64,000 nucleotides of DNA from an uncultured Alphaproteobacteria bacterium (GCA_944392235.1 CALXVZ010000007.1:7787-71786), one strand, 5' to 3'; shown: positions 48,948 to 59,097, counted from the first letter of the stretch. The notes: generated by a model from the letters alone, not told the origin. Made by a program: numbers and translations.

Positions 48948-50291
48948 ATGTTAAATTTTGTTAAAATTTTATTCGGAAAGAAATTTTCTAATCAGACTCG
49001 TGTTTTGCCTAAAGTCGAAACACTTAAAATTGTTGTTGTTGATTTTGTTGAATATGGAAATTATGGTTTCGCCAAAGCGTTAACTAGACTTCTTCAAAAA
49101 AACTCTTCCTTTAATGTGCGTTTTTTTGATGAACCTTTTGATAAAAGTTTCTTAAATCTTCAAGGACGTAATTTTTTTGATTTGATTGATTCCGGGAATA
49201 CTCTACTTCAAAGACTTAATGCTGATGTTGTTATTTGGGGATATCAAGAAGATGAAAATATAAGACTTAATTTTCAAACTGCAAATGCTTATTCTGATTG
49301 GGACAATGCTTCTTGTTCCGTCTTGGATAGCTTGTTTATTCCGGCGGAATATTTTGAGCATATTAATTTCTTTCCCGAGATATTAAACAATCTTCTTATT
49401 GGGATCATTGCGGCTTCTATCAGTGAACAACGAATCGATCTCAGACACTTAAAATATAAATTATTGAAAAATGTTATTGGTAATCTGTCATCCGAAGAAC
49501 CTACAGAAAATTCTAACCTGATGTTTTCTCCTTATGTTCTTAATACTGTTGGTCTTATATATCTTAGCTTTTCACAAAAAGAACTTAATCTTAAAACTTT
49601 TAATGCTGCTAAAGATTTCTTTATGAATGCTTTGGCAAATCAAAAGCAAATTATGCAAAATGTTCATATCGGTTGTATTTATAAAAATTTAGCACAACTT
49701 TATGAAGCGGCTCTTAAACAAGATTTGGGCGGATATTGGCTTTTATTCCGCGATGCGATTACTAACTATCGCTCAGCTCAGAAATATTTAGATATCTATA
49801 ATTATCCTTATGATTTTGCTCAAATTTCATTTAAACTCTCTCAGCTCTATTTCCAATACTGGAAATTTACAAATGATGTTCAAGCTCTAAGAGATGCTGT
49901 TTATTTCTTGCGTGAAGCGGAAAAAACTTATACTCAAATTTCATTCCCAGAACTTTGGTCTAAAATCGAAGGTTATCTTGGCTTCTATTTATCTTTACTT
50001 GGTCTCTTTTCTAAGAGTGATGATATATCTAGACTTGCTATTAGAAGTTATAAAAATAAACAGCAAGTTTATCGCAAAGAACTTTATCCGGTTATGTGGG
50101 CTAAAATTCAAGAAAATATCGCAAATGTCTATTATAATATCGGAAAAAATGGACGCGATAAAAAAGCTTTCGCAGATGCCATCGATTATTACAAATCCGC
50201 TTTACGGATTTATGAAAATAAAAAAATGCATCAAGAAATTACCATTGTTAATAATAGCATGGATAAAGTTATGAAAACGTGGAGAGCTTAA
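48948..50291 (+). CDS. Hypothetical protein, TPR-like C-terminal half
   Basis: Helical repeat pattern (…NLAQLYEAAL…, …IANVYYNIGKNG…AFADAIDYYKSALRIYE…). No enzymatic motif seen. Confidence 0.45.
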   Translation: MLNFVKILFGKKFSNQTRVLPKVETLKIVVVDFVEYGNYGFAKALTRLLQKNSSFNVRFFDEPFDKSFLNLQGRNFFDLIDSGNTLLQRLNADVVIWGYQEDENIRLNFQTANAYSDWDNASCSVLDSLFIPAEYFEHINFFPEILNNLLIGIIAASISEQRIDLRHLKYKLLKNVIGNLSSEEPTENSNLMFSPYVLNTVGLIYLSFSQKELNLKTFNAAKDFFMNALANQKQIMQNVHIGCIYKNLAQLYEAALKQDLGGYWLLFRDAITNYRSAQKYLDIYNYPYDFAQISFKLSQLYFQYWKFTNDVQALRDAVYFLREAEKTYTQISFPELWSKIEGYLGFYLSLLGLFSKSDDISRLAIRSYKNKQQVYRKELYPVMWAKIQENIANVYYNIGKNGRDKKAFADAIDYYKSALRIYENKKMHQEITIVNNSMDKVMKTWRA

Positions 50292-50332
50292 TTCCTCTTC
50301 TCTCTCTTTACATAAATTCATTACTTGCCTTC

Positions 50333-52693
50333 TTAAATGACTTCTCTTCTACCGACGTGGTCTGCTGGCGTAACGACACCTTCAGCTTCCATTCTCTCAA
50401 TTATTGAAGCTGCTTTATTATAACCTATTCCCAGTCTTCTTTGAATATAACTTGTTGAGGCTTTTTTATCATTGCGAACTATCGCTACTGCTTGTTCATA
50501 CAAATCATCTTTGCTATTTCCTGATGCTCCCATTGCTGTTCTATCAAATAATGCACCTGCATCTTTTCCTTTCATCTCCAACTCTCCTTCGGTCACTCCT
50601 TCTACATATTCAGGTTGACGTTGTGACTTCAAGAATTCTACTACAGCTTCAACTTCCGCGTCCTCAACAAATCCTGCATGTATACGTTGTGGACGTAAAC
50701 CAGCCGGCATATACAACATATCACCTTTACCCAGTAATTGTTCAGCCCCTTGTTCTCCTAAAATTGTTCTACTATCAATTTTTGATGTTACTTGGAAACT
50801 TATTCTTGTTGGGAAATTGGATTTAATTGTTCCGGTAATAACGTCTACTGATGGTCTTTGGGTTGACATAATCAAGTGTATTCCTGCGGCACGTGCCATT
50901 TGTGCCAATCTTTGAATAGCTGCTTCAACCTCTTTTCCTGCGACTAACATCAAATCGGCCATTTCATCTACCACTATTACAATATATGGCAGCGGGGTGG
51001 TATCCAGCATCTGTTGTTCGTATTTGGGTTTTCCTGTCTCCGGATCAAATCCAACTTGAATTGTGCGCATTGGTTTTTCACCTTTTTCGCGTAATTCTTT
51101 TAATTTCAAATTGTAACCGCTGATGTTTCTTACAGATAAGCATGCCATCGCACGATAGCGTTCTTCCATCTCTCTTACAGCCCATTTTAATCCAATTACA
51201 GCTTTGGCCGGATCCGTAATTACTGGTGTTAATAAATGTGGAATTCCGTTATACATTGAAAATTCCAGCATCTTTGGATCTATCAAGATAAATTTACATT
51301 CTTCCGGTGTCATTCTGTAAAGTAGTGACAATATCATCGAGTTTACCCCAACAGATTTACCTGAACCAGTCGTTCCGGCTACTAATAAGTGAGGCATTTT
51401 GGCTAAGTCTGCATATACATTCTTTCCGCCAATATCTTTCCCTAATACGACATTTAATGTATTCTTACTATCTATAAAATTGTTATCCTCTAACAAATCT
51501 CTTAACCAAACTATCTCTCTCTTAGCGTTTGGTATTTCTATACCTATTGTATTAGAGCCAGGAACAACCGCTATACGGACAGATACTGCCGACATTGAAC
51601 GAGCTATATCATCTGCTAAACTGATAACTCTAGATGTTTTAGTTCCTGGAGCTGGTTCCAACTCGAATAATGTTACAACAGGTCCCGGACGAATTTTTAC
51701 AATTTCTCCATGTACTCCAAACTCTTCCAATACTCCTTCCAATGCTCTTGCTATTTCATTCAATTCTTTTTCGTTGACGCTAAGGCCTATCTTTTCTTTA
51801 GGCTTTTTCAATAAATTTATATCTGGATATTCATATCCGTTATTTTTTTCTGACTTTTTATTTGAAAAGGCTATCACTTCTCCTTTGGCTTTTTCTGAGC
51901 CTTTCTTTTCTACTTTTTTCTCCTCTTTACTTTCTAATTCTTCTGGCTTTGTATCTATTGCTGGACTTAGTGTTGGCTCTTTACGCTTATTTTCTTTAAC
52001 TGCCTTAGGTGCTTCTTCTTTTTCAACTTTTTCAAATAAAGATTGTGGGTGAACTAAATGTTTTACAAATATGTATATTCCTTTGCACAATACATATGTC
52101 CAATGACTTAGTTTCTTTATACAGATTTTCCAATGCTTGAAAGTAATTCCTGCTGCTAAATTGAATGACATAAGCGAAATAATTGATAAAATGCTCAGCG
52201 TCAAAACTTCCTCATACCCTTCTACCTTCCAGCTCTTAAACACGCGATTTAACCCCTCTGGTAATAAATGACTAAACTTTCCTAACAAATTTATTTTTTC
52301 CAGCAGTGAAGCTATTGTTTGATAAAACACACCAGATAATGTGACAATTCCAATAAAAACGGCAAATAATCTTATCTTAAACTCTAAAATGTTTTGATGC
52401 TTTATTAGTAAATACCCCCATATTAAAACAGGTATAAGAAAAATAAATATGGCTAAACCATAACTGTTGACTATAAAATCTGCACTGTATGATCCAAATT
52501 CACCCATAAAATTACTTATTTTTTCAGAATTTGAAACGTTGAAGGATTTATCACTTGGATTATACCCTATTACACTTAATACTAAACTTATGCTGAATAG
52601 TATTAAACCTATTCCTATTAAAATGCTCAAAACTTTTCTATAGACGTTTTTTTCTTCTTTTTTATTTTCTTTTTTCTTTGTCTTTTTTGCCAT
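50333..52693 (-). CDS. ftsK: DNA translocase FtsK
   Basis: N-terminal TM domain and a K/E-rich linker. The motor has Walker A GTTGSGKS and VVDEMADLM, followed by the C-terminal gamma wHTH (SYIQRRLGIGYNKAASIIERME). Confidence 0.95.
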   Translation of the reverse strand: MAKKTKKKENKKEEKNVYRKVLSILIGIGLILFSISLVLSVIGYNPSDKSFNVSNSEKISNFMGEFGSYSADFIVNSYGLAIFIFLIPVLIWGYLLIKHQNILEFKIRLFAVFIGIVTLSGVFYQTIASLLEKINLLGKFSHLLPEGLNRVFKSWKVEGYEEVLTLSILSIISLMSFNLAAGITFKHWKICIKKLSHWTYVLCKGIYIFVKHLVHPQSLFEKVEKEEAPKAVKENKRKEPTLSPAIDTKPEELESKEEKKVEKKGSEKAKGEVIAFSNKKSEKNNGYEYPDINLLKKPKEKIGLSVNEKELNEIARALEGVLEEFGVHGEIVKIRPGPVVTLFELEPAPGTKTSRVISLADDIARSMSAVSVRIAVVPGSNTIGIEIPNAKREIVWLRDLLEDNNFIDSKNTLNVVLGKDIGGKNVYADLAKMPHLLVAGTTGSGKSVGVNSMILSLLYRMTPEECKFILIDPKMLEFSMYNGIPHLLTPVITDPAKAVIGLKWAVREMEERYRAMACLSVRNISGYNLKLKELREKGEKPMRTIQVGFDPETGKPKYEQQMLDTTPLPYIVIVVDEMADLMLVAGKEVEAAIQRLAQMARAAGIHLIMSTQRPSVDVITGTIKSNFPTRISFQVTSKIDSRTILGEQGAEQLLGKGDMLYMPAGLRPQRIHAGFVEDAEVEAVVEFLKSQRQPEYVEGVTEGELEMKGKDAGALFDRTAMGASGNSKDDLYEQAVAIVRNDKKASTSYIQRRLGIGYNKAASIIERMEAEGVVTPADHVGRREVI

Positions 52694-52891
52694 TTCTTCC
52701 TCTTTCTATGTAGTCGCTTTCTTATGGTCACTTTAACTGTAATTTTTAAACAAAATCTTAATATTTCTCTTTGTGAGATAAGTTTCTATCTTTTTATCAT
52801 CGTAACCTATGCACACGTTAGGGATTTAAACTTGACTTTATAAAGTAGTCCTTTAGCTTATTGGCAGAAATTAATTTGGAGTTAAGCTTAT

Positions 52892-53836
52892 ATGAAATAT
52901 GCTTTTGTTTTTCCCGGTCAGGGATCTCAATTTGTTGGTATGGGAAAAGAATTGGCTGAAAACTTTTCTTCCGCCAAAGATGTTTTTGAAGAAGTTAATC
53001 AAGCTCTCGGGCAGGATTTATATAAAGTTATGGTTGATGGTCCAGATTCTGAGTTGACTATGACTACTAATACTCAGCCTGCTTTAATGGCTGTTTCTAT
53101 GGCTGTTGTCAGAGTTCTTGAAAAAGAATTTGGTATTAATCTTAAGGATAAAGCAGCTTATGTTGCCGGGCATTCTCTAGGTGAATATTCTGCCGCTTGC
53201 GCTGCCGGTGTATTCTCTCTTGCTGATACAGCTAAACTCTTGCGTATCCGCGGAGATGCTATGCAACAAGCAGTTCCTCTTGGCGTAGGCGGTATGGCTG
53301 CAGTTCTTGGATTATCATACAAAGATGTTGGCGCTATGGTTGATGCTTGTAATGATGATTCTCATTTCTGTGTTGCCGCCAACGATAACTCTGATGGGCA
53401 AGTTGTTTTATCAGGTCATATGCAAGCTATCGAAAAAGCTGTTGAAATTGCTTCTGAATTTGGCGCTAAAAGATGTTTAAAACTTCCTGTTTCTGCCCCT
53501 TTCCATAGTCCTTTGATGCAGCCTGCTGCTGAAGCTATGGCTCGTGCTTTTATGGAAGTTGATGCTAATGATGCTCTCATTCCTATTGTTGCTAATGTTT
53601 TAGCTGCCCCGGAAACTGAGAAAAAAGAAATTATTAAAAATTTAGTTGAACAAGTTACGGGAACCGTTAGATGGAGAGAAACAATGAATTTCTTCGATGA
53701 AAATGGCGTAACTGATCTTGTTGAAATTGGTGCTGGTAAAGTTCTTTCCGGTCTTGCTAAACGAAGCTTGAAAAATATTAATTCTTCCTCTGTTTACTCT
53801 GTTCAAGATATTGAGGAACTTGCTAAAAACTTGTAA
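52892..53836 (+). CDS. fabD: Malonyl CoA-ACP transacylase
   Basis: FPGQGSQFVGMG and the active-site block GHSLGEYSA. Confidence 0.93.
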   Translation: MKYAFVFPGQGSQFVGMGKELAENFSSAKDVFEEVNQALGQDLYKVMVDGPDSELTMTTNTQPALMAVSMAVVRVLEKEFGINLKDKAAYVAGHSLGEYSAACAAGVFSLADTAKLLRIRGDAMQQAVPLGVGGMAAVLGLSYKDVGAMVDACNDDSHFCVAANDNSDGQVVLSGHMQAIEKAVEIASEFGAKRCLKLPVSAPFHSPLMQPAAEAMARAFMEVDANDALIPIVANVLAAPETEKKEIIKNLVEQVTGTVRWRETMNFFDENGVTDLVEIGAGKVLSGLAKRSLKNINSSSVYSVQDIEELAKNL

Positions 53837-53860
53837 CTTTCATTGAAAAGGATTGTCGAT

Positions 53861-54598
53861 ATGTTTAATTTAGATGGTAAAATCGCTTTAATCACTGGCG
53901 CTGCCGGCGGTCTTGGTGATAAAATTGCTCGCACTCTTCATGCTCAAGGTGCTACACTAGCTTTAACTGATATGCGTGCTGAACCAATGGAAAAATTAAA
54001 GGCTGAATTAGGTTCTCGTGTTGAATACTTTGTTGCTAATTTAACAAATTCTGATGATGTTCATAATTTGGTTAAAAATGTTGAAGAAAAAATGGGGCGC
54101 ATTGATATTCTTGTTAACAATGCGGGCCTTACTCGTGATAATCTTTTCATGCGTATGAGTGATGAAGATTGGCAACTCGTTCTTGATGTAAACCTTTCTG
54201 CCGGTTTCAAATTAGCTAAAGCTGCTATTCGTGGAATGATGAAGAGAAGATATGGTCGAATTATCGGTATCGCTTCTGTTGTTGGCGTTATGGGTAATGC
54301 TGGTCAAGCAAACTACTCTGCTTCTAAAGCTGGTATGATTGCTATGAATAAATGTCTTGCTCAAGAAGTTGGTTCTCGCGGAATTACCGTTAACTCCATT
54401 GCGCCAGGTTTTATCAGAACCCCTATGACAGATGTTCTTCCTGATGATGTCAAAGCTCAATTATTGAACAAAATTCCTGAAGGGAAACTTGGTGAAGCTC
54501 AAGATATTGCAAATGCCGTTGCTTTCTTAGCTTCTGATGAAGCTCAATACATCACTGGTCAAACCTTGCATGTCAATGGCGGTATGGCTATGATTTAA
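53861..54598 (+). CDS. fabG: 3-oxoacyl-ACP reductase
   Basis: TGAAGGLG cofactor motif, NNAG and YSASKAG catalytic motif. ATG 53861 lies after AAAAGGA. Confidence 0.93.
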   Translation: MFNLDGKIALITGAAGGLGDKIARTLHAQGATLALTDMRAEPMEKLKAELGSRVEYFVANLTNSDDVHNLVKNVEEKMGRIDILVNNAGLTRDNLFMRMSDEDWQLVLDVNLSAGFKLAKAAIRGMMKRRYGRIIGIASVVGVMGNAGQANYSASKAGMIAMNKCLAQEVGSRGITVNSIAPGFIRTPMTDVLPDDVKAQLLNKIPEGKLGEAQDIANAVAFLASDEAQYITGQTLHVNGGMAMI

Positions 54599-54618
54599 TC
54601 TCTACTTAGAGACTTCTT

Positions 54619-54651
54619 AAACACCGATTCTAACGAGTCGGTGTTTTTTTA
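54619..54651 (+). terminator. Rho-independent terminator after fabG
   Basis: acaccgattc-taac-gagtcggtgt (10 bp, one G.U) followed by 7 T. Confidence 0.8.
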
Positions 54652-54792
54652 TGCTTATTTTTCAATTTCAAACATCTCCACTAATCACATTCTCTTTATT
54701 TATCAACAAACTTATCCACATCTACCCACTTGAAAACACTCATTTTCCGCCCCAAAGCATAAAAAAGTTAATTTTTTGATAAAAAACTAAAA

Positions 54793-54830
54793 ATTCCCAT
54801 TGATTCCCATAAATTACCATGTTATACCAT
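54793..54830. promoter_or_regulatory. Four 10-bp-phased direct repeats upstream of mraZ (candidate MraZ operator / Pmra region)
   Basis: attcccat-tg-attcccat-aa-attaccat-gt-tataccat; each CCAT ends at 54800, 54810, 54820 and 54830. The reverse complement reads TGGGA/TGGTA cores. The repeats overlap a possible TTGATT-17-TATACC promoter 30-67 nt upstream of the mraZ ATG. Confidence 0.5.
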
Positions 54831-54859
54831 AGTTAATGTGTACACGAGAGATTTTAACC

Positions 54860-55324
54860 ATGAGCAAGAGTTTTTTATTTTTAGATACAATTGCCAATAA
54901 AGTAGATGCGAAAGGTCGCGTCTCTTTACCTGCAGATTATCGCGCAATTGTTAAAGAACTCTCAACAGAAATCGTTTGCTACAGAAGTTTAACTGCTCCT
55001 TGTATTGAAGGTTGCACAGAAGATCTCTTAGAAAAACTTGCCTCTGACATCGAAAACAGCACAGATTTTTTCTCCGAAACTCAAGATGATTTAACAAACC
55101 TTATTTTTGGGGATGCTAAAAAATTCTCTTTTGATAGCACTGGACGTATTATGCTAACAGAGAAACTCTTAAAACATGCTGAAATTACTGATACAGCAGT
55201 TTTTGTTGGTAAAGGGCGTAAATTTCAAATATGGAGCGAAAAGAATTGGAATGAAGAAGAAGCTCGTTTAAGAGAAAAAATTAAATTGCGTCGTCCTTCT
55301 TTGAAAATGGAGGATAATCAATGA
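54860..55324 (+). CDS. mraZ: Transcriptional regulator MraZ
   Basis: NKVDAKGRVSLPADYR and a second SpoVT/AbrB-like half (FDSTGRIMLTEKL). First gene of the dcw cluster. Confidence 0.9.
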   Translation: MSKSFLFLDTIANKVDAKGRVSLPADYRAIVKELSTEIVCYRSLTAPCIEGCTEDLLEKLASDIENSTDFFSETQDDLTNLIFGDAKKFSFDSTGRIMLTEKLLKHAEITDTAVFVGKGRKFQIWSEKNWNEEEARLREKIKLRRPSLKMEDNQ

Positions 55325-56256
55325 CCTCTTCTAAACACATTCCTGTTATGCTTAATGAAGTTTTAGATGCTCTCAAGCCCGTTGCTGGAGAAACTTATGT
55401 TGATGCCACTTTTGGAAATGGTGGATACAGTGAAGCTATTCTCAAAAGTTCTGATTGTAATGTTATTGCAATTGATCGTGATCCCTTTGTTATTGCCAGA
55501 GCTAATGAATTGAAAAGTATCTATGGTTCTCGTTTTACCTTTGTCAGTGGGACCTTCAGTGATATTGCTCAATTGATTAATCATCCTGTTAATGGCGTTG
55601 TTTTTGATATTGGTGTTTCATCTATGCAATTAGACAATCCAGAAAGAGGTTTTTCTTTTGCTAAAGATGCGCCTCTTGATATGAGAATGTCTCAATCCGG
55701 CTTATCAGCCAAAGACATCGTTAATACTATCGCAGAACAAGATTTGGCTAATATTATTTACAAATATGGCGATGAAAAAAAATCTCGTCAAATTGCACAT
55801 GCCATCAATCTTTATCGCCAACAGAAGCCCATTGAAACAACCATTGAATTGGCTCAGATTATCTATACTGTTCTTCCTAAGAAATTCGGACAAATAGATC
55901 CTGCAACAAGAACTTTTCAAGCTATTCGTATTGCTGTTAATGATGAATTACAACAACTTGAAAACGGTCTCAAAGGTGCTCTTGATATTGTCTTACCTGA
56001 AGGTAGAATCGTTGTTGTCGATTTCCACTCCTTGGAAGATAAAATCGTAAAATCTTTCTTTGCTGAAAATTCAGAAAAAAAAGTTCATATCTCTCGTTAT
56101 AAAGAGGTGTCCCCCACCGCTTCCGAAAATTTGAAACCTTTGGCTTTTGTTTCTAAAGCCATTTCACCTACCGCCGATGAATGCAACACCAACCCTAGAG
56201 CGCGCTCTGCTAAACTCAGATACGCCATCAAAAGAAAGGAACTTTCCCATGAGTAA
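55321..56256 (+). CDS. rsmH: 16S rRNA (cytosine1402-N4)-methyltransferase
   Basis: HIPVMLNEVL, DATFGNGGYS, FDIGVSSMQLD and DFHSLEDKIVK. Confidence 0.93.
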   Translation: MTSSKHIPVMLNEVLDALKPVAGETYVDATFGNGGYSEAILKSSDCNVIAIDRDPFVIARANELKSIYGSRFTFVSGTFSDIAQLINHPVNGVVFDIGVSSMQLDNPERGFSFAKDAPLDMRMSQSGLSAKDIVNTIAEQDLANIIYKYGDEKKSRQIAHAINLYRQQKPIETTIELAQIIYTVLPKKFGQIDPATRTFQAIRIAVNDELQQLENGLKGALDIVLPEGRIVVVDFHSLEDKIVKSFFAENSEKKVHISRYKEVSPTASENLKPLAFVSKAISPTADECNTNPRARSAKLRYAIKRKELSHE

Positions 56257-56608
56257 TGTAAAAACAGCTATCACTATTTTATGGTTTTTATTTACTATTG
56301 TTATTGGTTCTTATTATTTCGTATTGACTAATGATGTGCAGAATCTTGAGAAAGAATTAGCACAAATTAATCGCGATATTGAAAATGATATCCGAGATAT
56401 TCATATTCTTGAAGCAGACTGGAGCGAATTAAATAATCCTGAACGCCTAAAAGTGCTTGCTGGCAAATATATTTCTTTAGATTTTATCAAACCTGAACAA
56501 ATTATTAACTATTCTGCTTTACCATTAGAGGGTGAGGTTTTCGAGAATCCTACTATGTTTGCTAAAAATACTAGAGGATTACGTCAACTTGCTAATTCTG
56601 AACGTTAG
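56249..56608 (+). CDS. ftsL: Cell division protein FtsL-like
   Basis: 119 aa from ATG 56249, which overlaps the rsmH stop. Single TM followed by a coiled coil. Its position between rsmH and ftsI supports the call. Confidence 0.6.
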   Translation: MSNVKTAITILWFLFTIVIGSYYFVLTNDVQNLEKELAQINRDIENDIRDIHILEADWSELNNPERLKVLAGKYISLDFIKPEQIINYSALPLEGEVFENPTMFAKNTRGLRQLANSER

Positions 56609-56625
56609 TTAATGGTATTGCAGCG

Positions 56626-58368
56626 GTGAAACTCGGTATTTCAAAAAAGAAAAATAATTATCTATTTGCTCCAGGGCAAGAAATCTATTTCTCATCAGGT
56701 TCTTTTGGATGGGAAACTGAAGATGAAACGGTGAATATTTGCCGTAGTCGTATCTTATTTATTATCGGCGTTTTTTTATTCATCTATTTAGTCATTGTTA
56801 TTCGAATCTTTAATGTTTGTCTTGTTGATGGCATACAGCTTGATAGAGAAGCTTTTTCTTATTATCGTCCTAAATCCGATTTAGTTTTTCCTGTTCATCG
56901 TGCCAATATTACTGATAGAAATGGCATTGTTATTGCTACAAATCTTCCTACTGTTAACCTTTTTACAAATCCTAAAAAAGTTAGCAATGCCAAGCTTATT
57001 GCCAGAAAATTATCTGAAATTTTCCCTACTATCAGTTATGAAGATTTTTTAATCAAGTTAACACGAAAATCTAGTTTCGTATATCTCAAACGAAATATTT
57101 CTCCTCATCAACAAGCTCTTGTGAATTCACTAGGCTTTCCTGAACTCGAATTCCAACCTAGCGAAATTCGTGTTTATCCGCAGAAAGAACTATTTGCTCA
57201 TATTCTCGGAAATACCGATATTGATAATAATGGTATCGCCGGACTCGAAAAATCTCTTAATGATCGTTTAAGCTCATCTACAAAAGATTTACGTTTAACC
57301 GTTGATTTAGGCGTTCAATACGCAGTTCGTGAGGAATTACTCAAAGCTAAAGAAAAATATGGTGCAGAACGTGCTACAGCTGTCGTTATGGATATTAATT
57401 CTTCTGAAATTATTGCCTTATCCTCTGTCCCTGACTATGACCTCAACAAGCGTGGTTTTAAAGATAAAAATATTAAATTTAATTTTGCTACTCTGGGAGT
57501 TTATGAACCAGGTTCTGTTTTCAAAGTATTTAATACCGCTTTAGGTCTTGATAGCGGCAAAATAAAAATAACTGATAGTTTTGATGCTACTAAACCTCTT
57601 AAGATGGGTAGACATCTTATTACTGACTATCGTGTTCCAGCTAAATGGCTTACTGTCGGGGAAACCCTTATTCACTCTTCCAATATTGCTTCTGCCTTGA
57701 TGGCTCTTAAAGTCGGTAAACAATTACAAATTAAATTCCTTAAGAACCTTGGATTGTTCGATAGAATTGATAATCTTGAAATTTATGAAAAAGGGCGCCC
57801 TTTACATAGAAGCGAAAAATCTTGGCAAGATGATACTGTTGCTACAACCGCTTACGGCTATGGTATTTCTGTTACCCCAATTCATATTATTACTGCTTTT
57901 TCTTCAGTATTAAATGGTGGCATATACACACCTCCCACGCTTACATTTGAATCAAATAGAAAAAGTAAAAGAGTTATTTCTTCACAAACGTCTATGGATA
58001 TGCGCAAATTGTTAAGAGATGTAGTTATTTATGGTTCTGCTAAAAATGCCAATATCGATGGTTACGAAGTTGCAGGAAAAACAGGTACTGCAAATAAACT
58101 CGAAAAAGGCAAATATGTTAAAGGAAAAAATATGACTTCCTTTGTTGCTGCTTTCCCTATAAATGACCCTAAATATGCACTTATCGTAATTATTGATTCT
58201 CCTAAACCTTCTAAAGAAACATGGGGATTTACTACTTCTGGGTGGAATGCGGTTCCTACTGGTGGTAAAATTATTTCGCGAATCGCTCCGCAACTTAATG
58301 TGCAACCTAACTATGATTTAGACACTCAAAAAATGAATGTCTTCAAAAGTTATACCGAAAAAAACTGA
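56626..58368 (+). CDS. ftsI: Peptidoglycan D,D-transpeptidase FtsI (PBP3)
   Basis: GTG start and N-terminal TM. Transpeptidase motifs: SVFK (SxxK), SSN and KTGT. Confidence 0.9.
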   Translation: MKLGISKKKNNYLFAPGQEIYFSSGSFGWETEDETVNICRSRILFIIGVFLFIYLVIVIRIFNVCLVDGIQLDREAFSYYRPKSDLVFPVHRANITDRNGIVIATNLPTVNLFTNPKKVSNAKLIARKLSEIFPTISYEDFLIKLTRKSSFVYLKRNISPHQQALVNSLGFPELEFQPSEIRVYPQKELFAHILGNTDIDNNGIAGLEKSLNDRLSSSTKDLRLTVDLGVQYAVREELLKAKEKYGAERATAVVMDINSSEIIALSSVPDYDLNKRGFKDKNIKFNFATLGVYEPGSVFKVFNTALGLDSGKIKITDSFDATKPLKMGRHLITDYRVPAKWLTVGETLIHSSNIASALMALKVGKQLQIKFLKNLGLFDRIDNLEIYEKGRPLHRSEKSWQDDTVATTAYGYGISVTPIHIITAFSSVLNGGIYTPPTLTFESNRKSKRVISSQTSMDMRKLLRDVVIYGSAKNANIDGYEVAGKTGTANKLEKGKYVKGKNMTSFVAAFPINDPKYALIVIIDSPKPSKETWGFTTSGWNAVPTGGKIISRIAPQLNVQPNYDLDTQKMNVFKSYTEKN

Positions 58369-58526
58369 AGTTTAGGTTTTTATCATAAATAAATCTTAAG
58401 TTTATACACAAATAGTATAGTTTGTTATTGAAATATTTACTTTTGTTACTTAAGTTATGTGTGTCTAGTTGATTTTGGGATTACTCAATAAACAACCAAG
58501 TTTTTTTAACCATATGGAGAAAATAA

Positions 58527-58979
58527 ATGAAAAAACTTTTAAGCTTGCTTTGTGCAGTTGTTTTATTATCAGGCTGTTCTACTACAAGTAGTTGGTTTGG
58601 TGGTAGCGATTGCCAATCTAAACTCGCTCGTGAATTTGCAGAAAATGCAGACACAACAGTTTATTTCGCTTTCGATAGCTCTACTTTGTCTTCTGAAGCT
58701 GTTGCAGCTTTGGATTCTCAAATTGCTTGGCTGAAGAAAAACAATAAAGTAAATGTTGTTGTTCAAGGCTACTGCGATAAAAGAGGAACAGCTGAATACA
58801 ACTTGGCTTTAGGTGAACGTCGTGCTGAAGCTGTTAAGCAATATTTAGTTGCTCAAGGTATCGCTGCTGACAGAGTTGCTACTGTTTCTTATGGTAAAGA
58901 ATATGCTTTCCCTGGCGATACAGAAGAAGCTTATGCTAAAAGTCGTCGTGGCGTAACAGTTGTTGAATTAAGTAAATAA
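58527..58979 (+). CDS. pal: Peptidoglycan-associated lipoprotein
   Basis: Lipobox LLSGC. OmpA-like domain (VYFAFDSSTL..., GYCDKRGTAEYNLALGERRA). Confidence 0.9.
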   Translation: MKKLLSLLCAVVLLSGCSTTSSWFGGSDCQSKLAREFAENADTTVYFAFDSSTLSSEAVAALDSQIAWLKKNNKVNVVVQGYCDKRGTAEYNLALGERRAEAVKQYLVAQGIAADRVATVSYGKEYAFPGDTEEAYAKSRRGVTVVELSK

Positions 58980-59000
58980 TTTAATTTAACTTCTTTTCTA

Positions 59001-59031
59001 AAAAACGTATTCGCAAGAATACGTTTTTTTT
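59001..59031 (+). terminator. Rho-independent terminator after pal
   Basis: aaaaacgtattc-gcaa-gaatacgttttttt. Confidence 0.8.
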
Positions 59032-59097
59032 GTTGAGTTATAAAATATTTGTCCTATTATTCTGTTTAGCTTTGTCTTTTTTTTTTATGAGGGTAGA

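Noticed and set aside
51399-52052. 217-aa plus-strand ORF antisense to the ftsK linker region.
   Set aside because: Its S/F/L-rich low-complexity translation mirrors the K/E-rich ftsK linker. It is an artefact.
54700-54720. The DnaA boxes were considered as a marker of the chromosomal replication origin.
   Set aside because: There are only two boxes, no cluster of further boxes and no adjacent DUE-like AT-rich 13-mers. The gene context (fabG/mraZ) is not an alphaproteobacterial ori context. I keep it only as a possible regulatory site.
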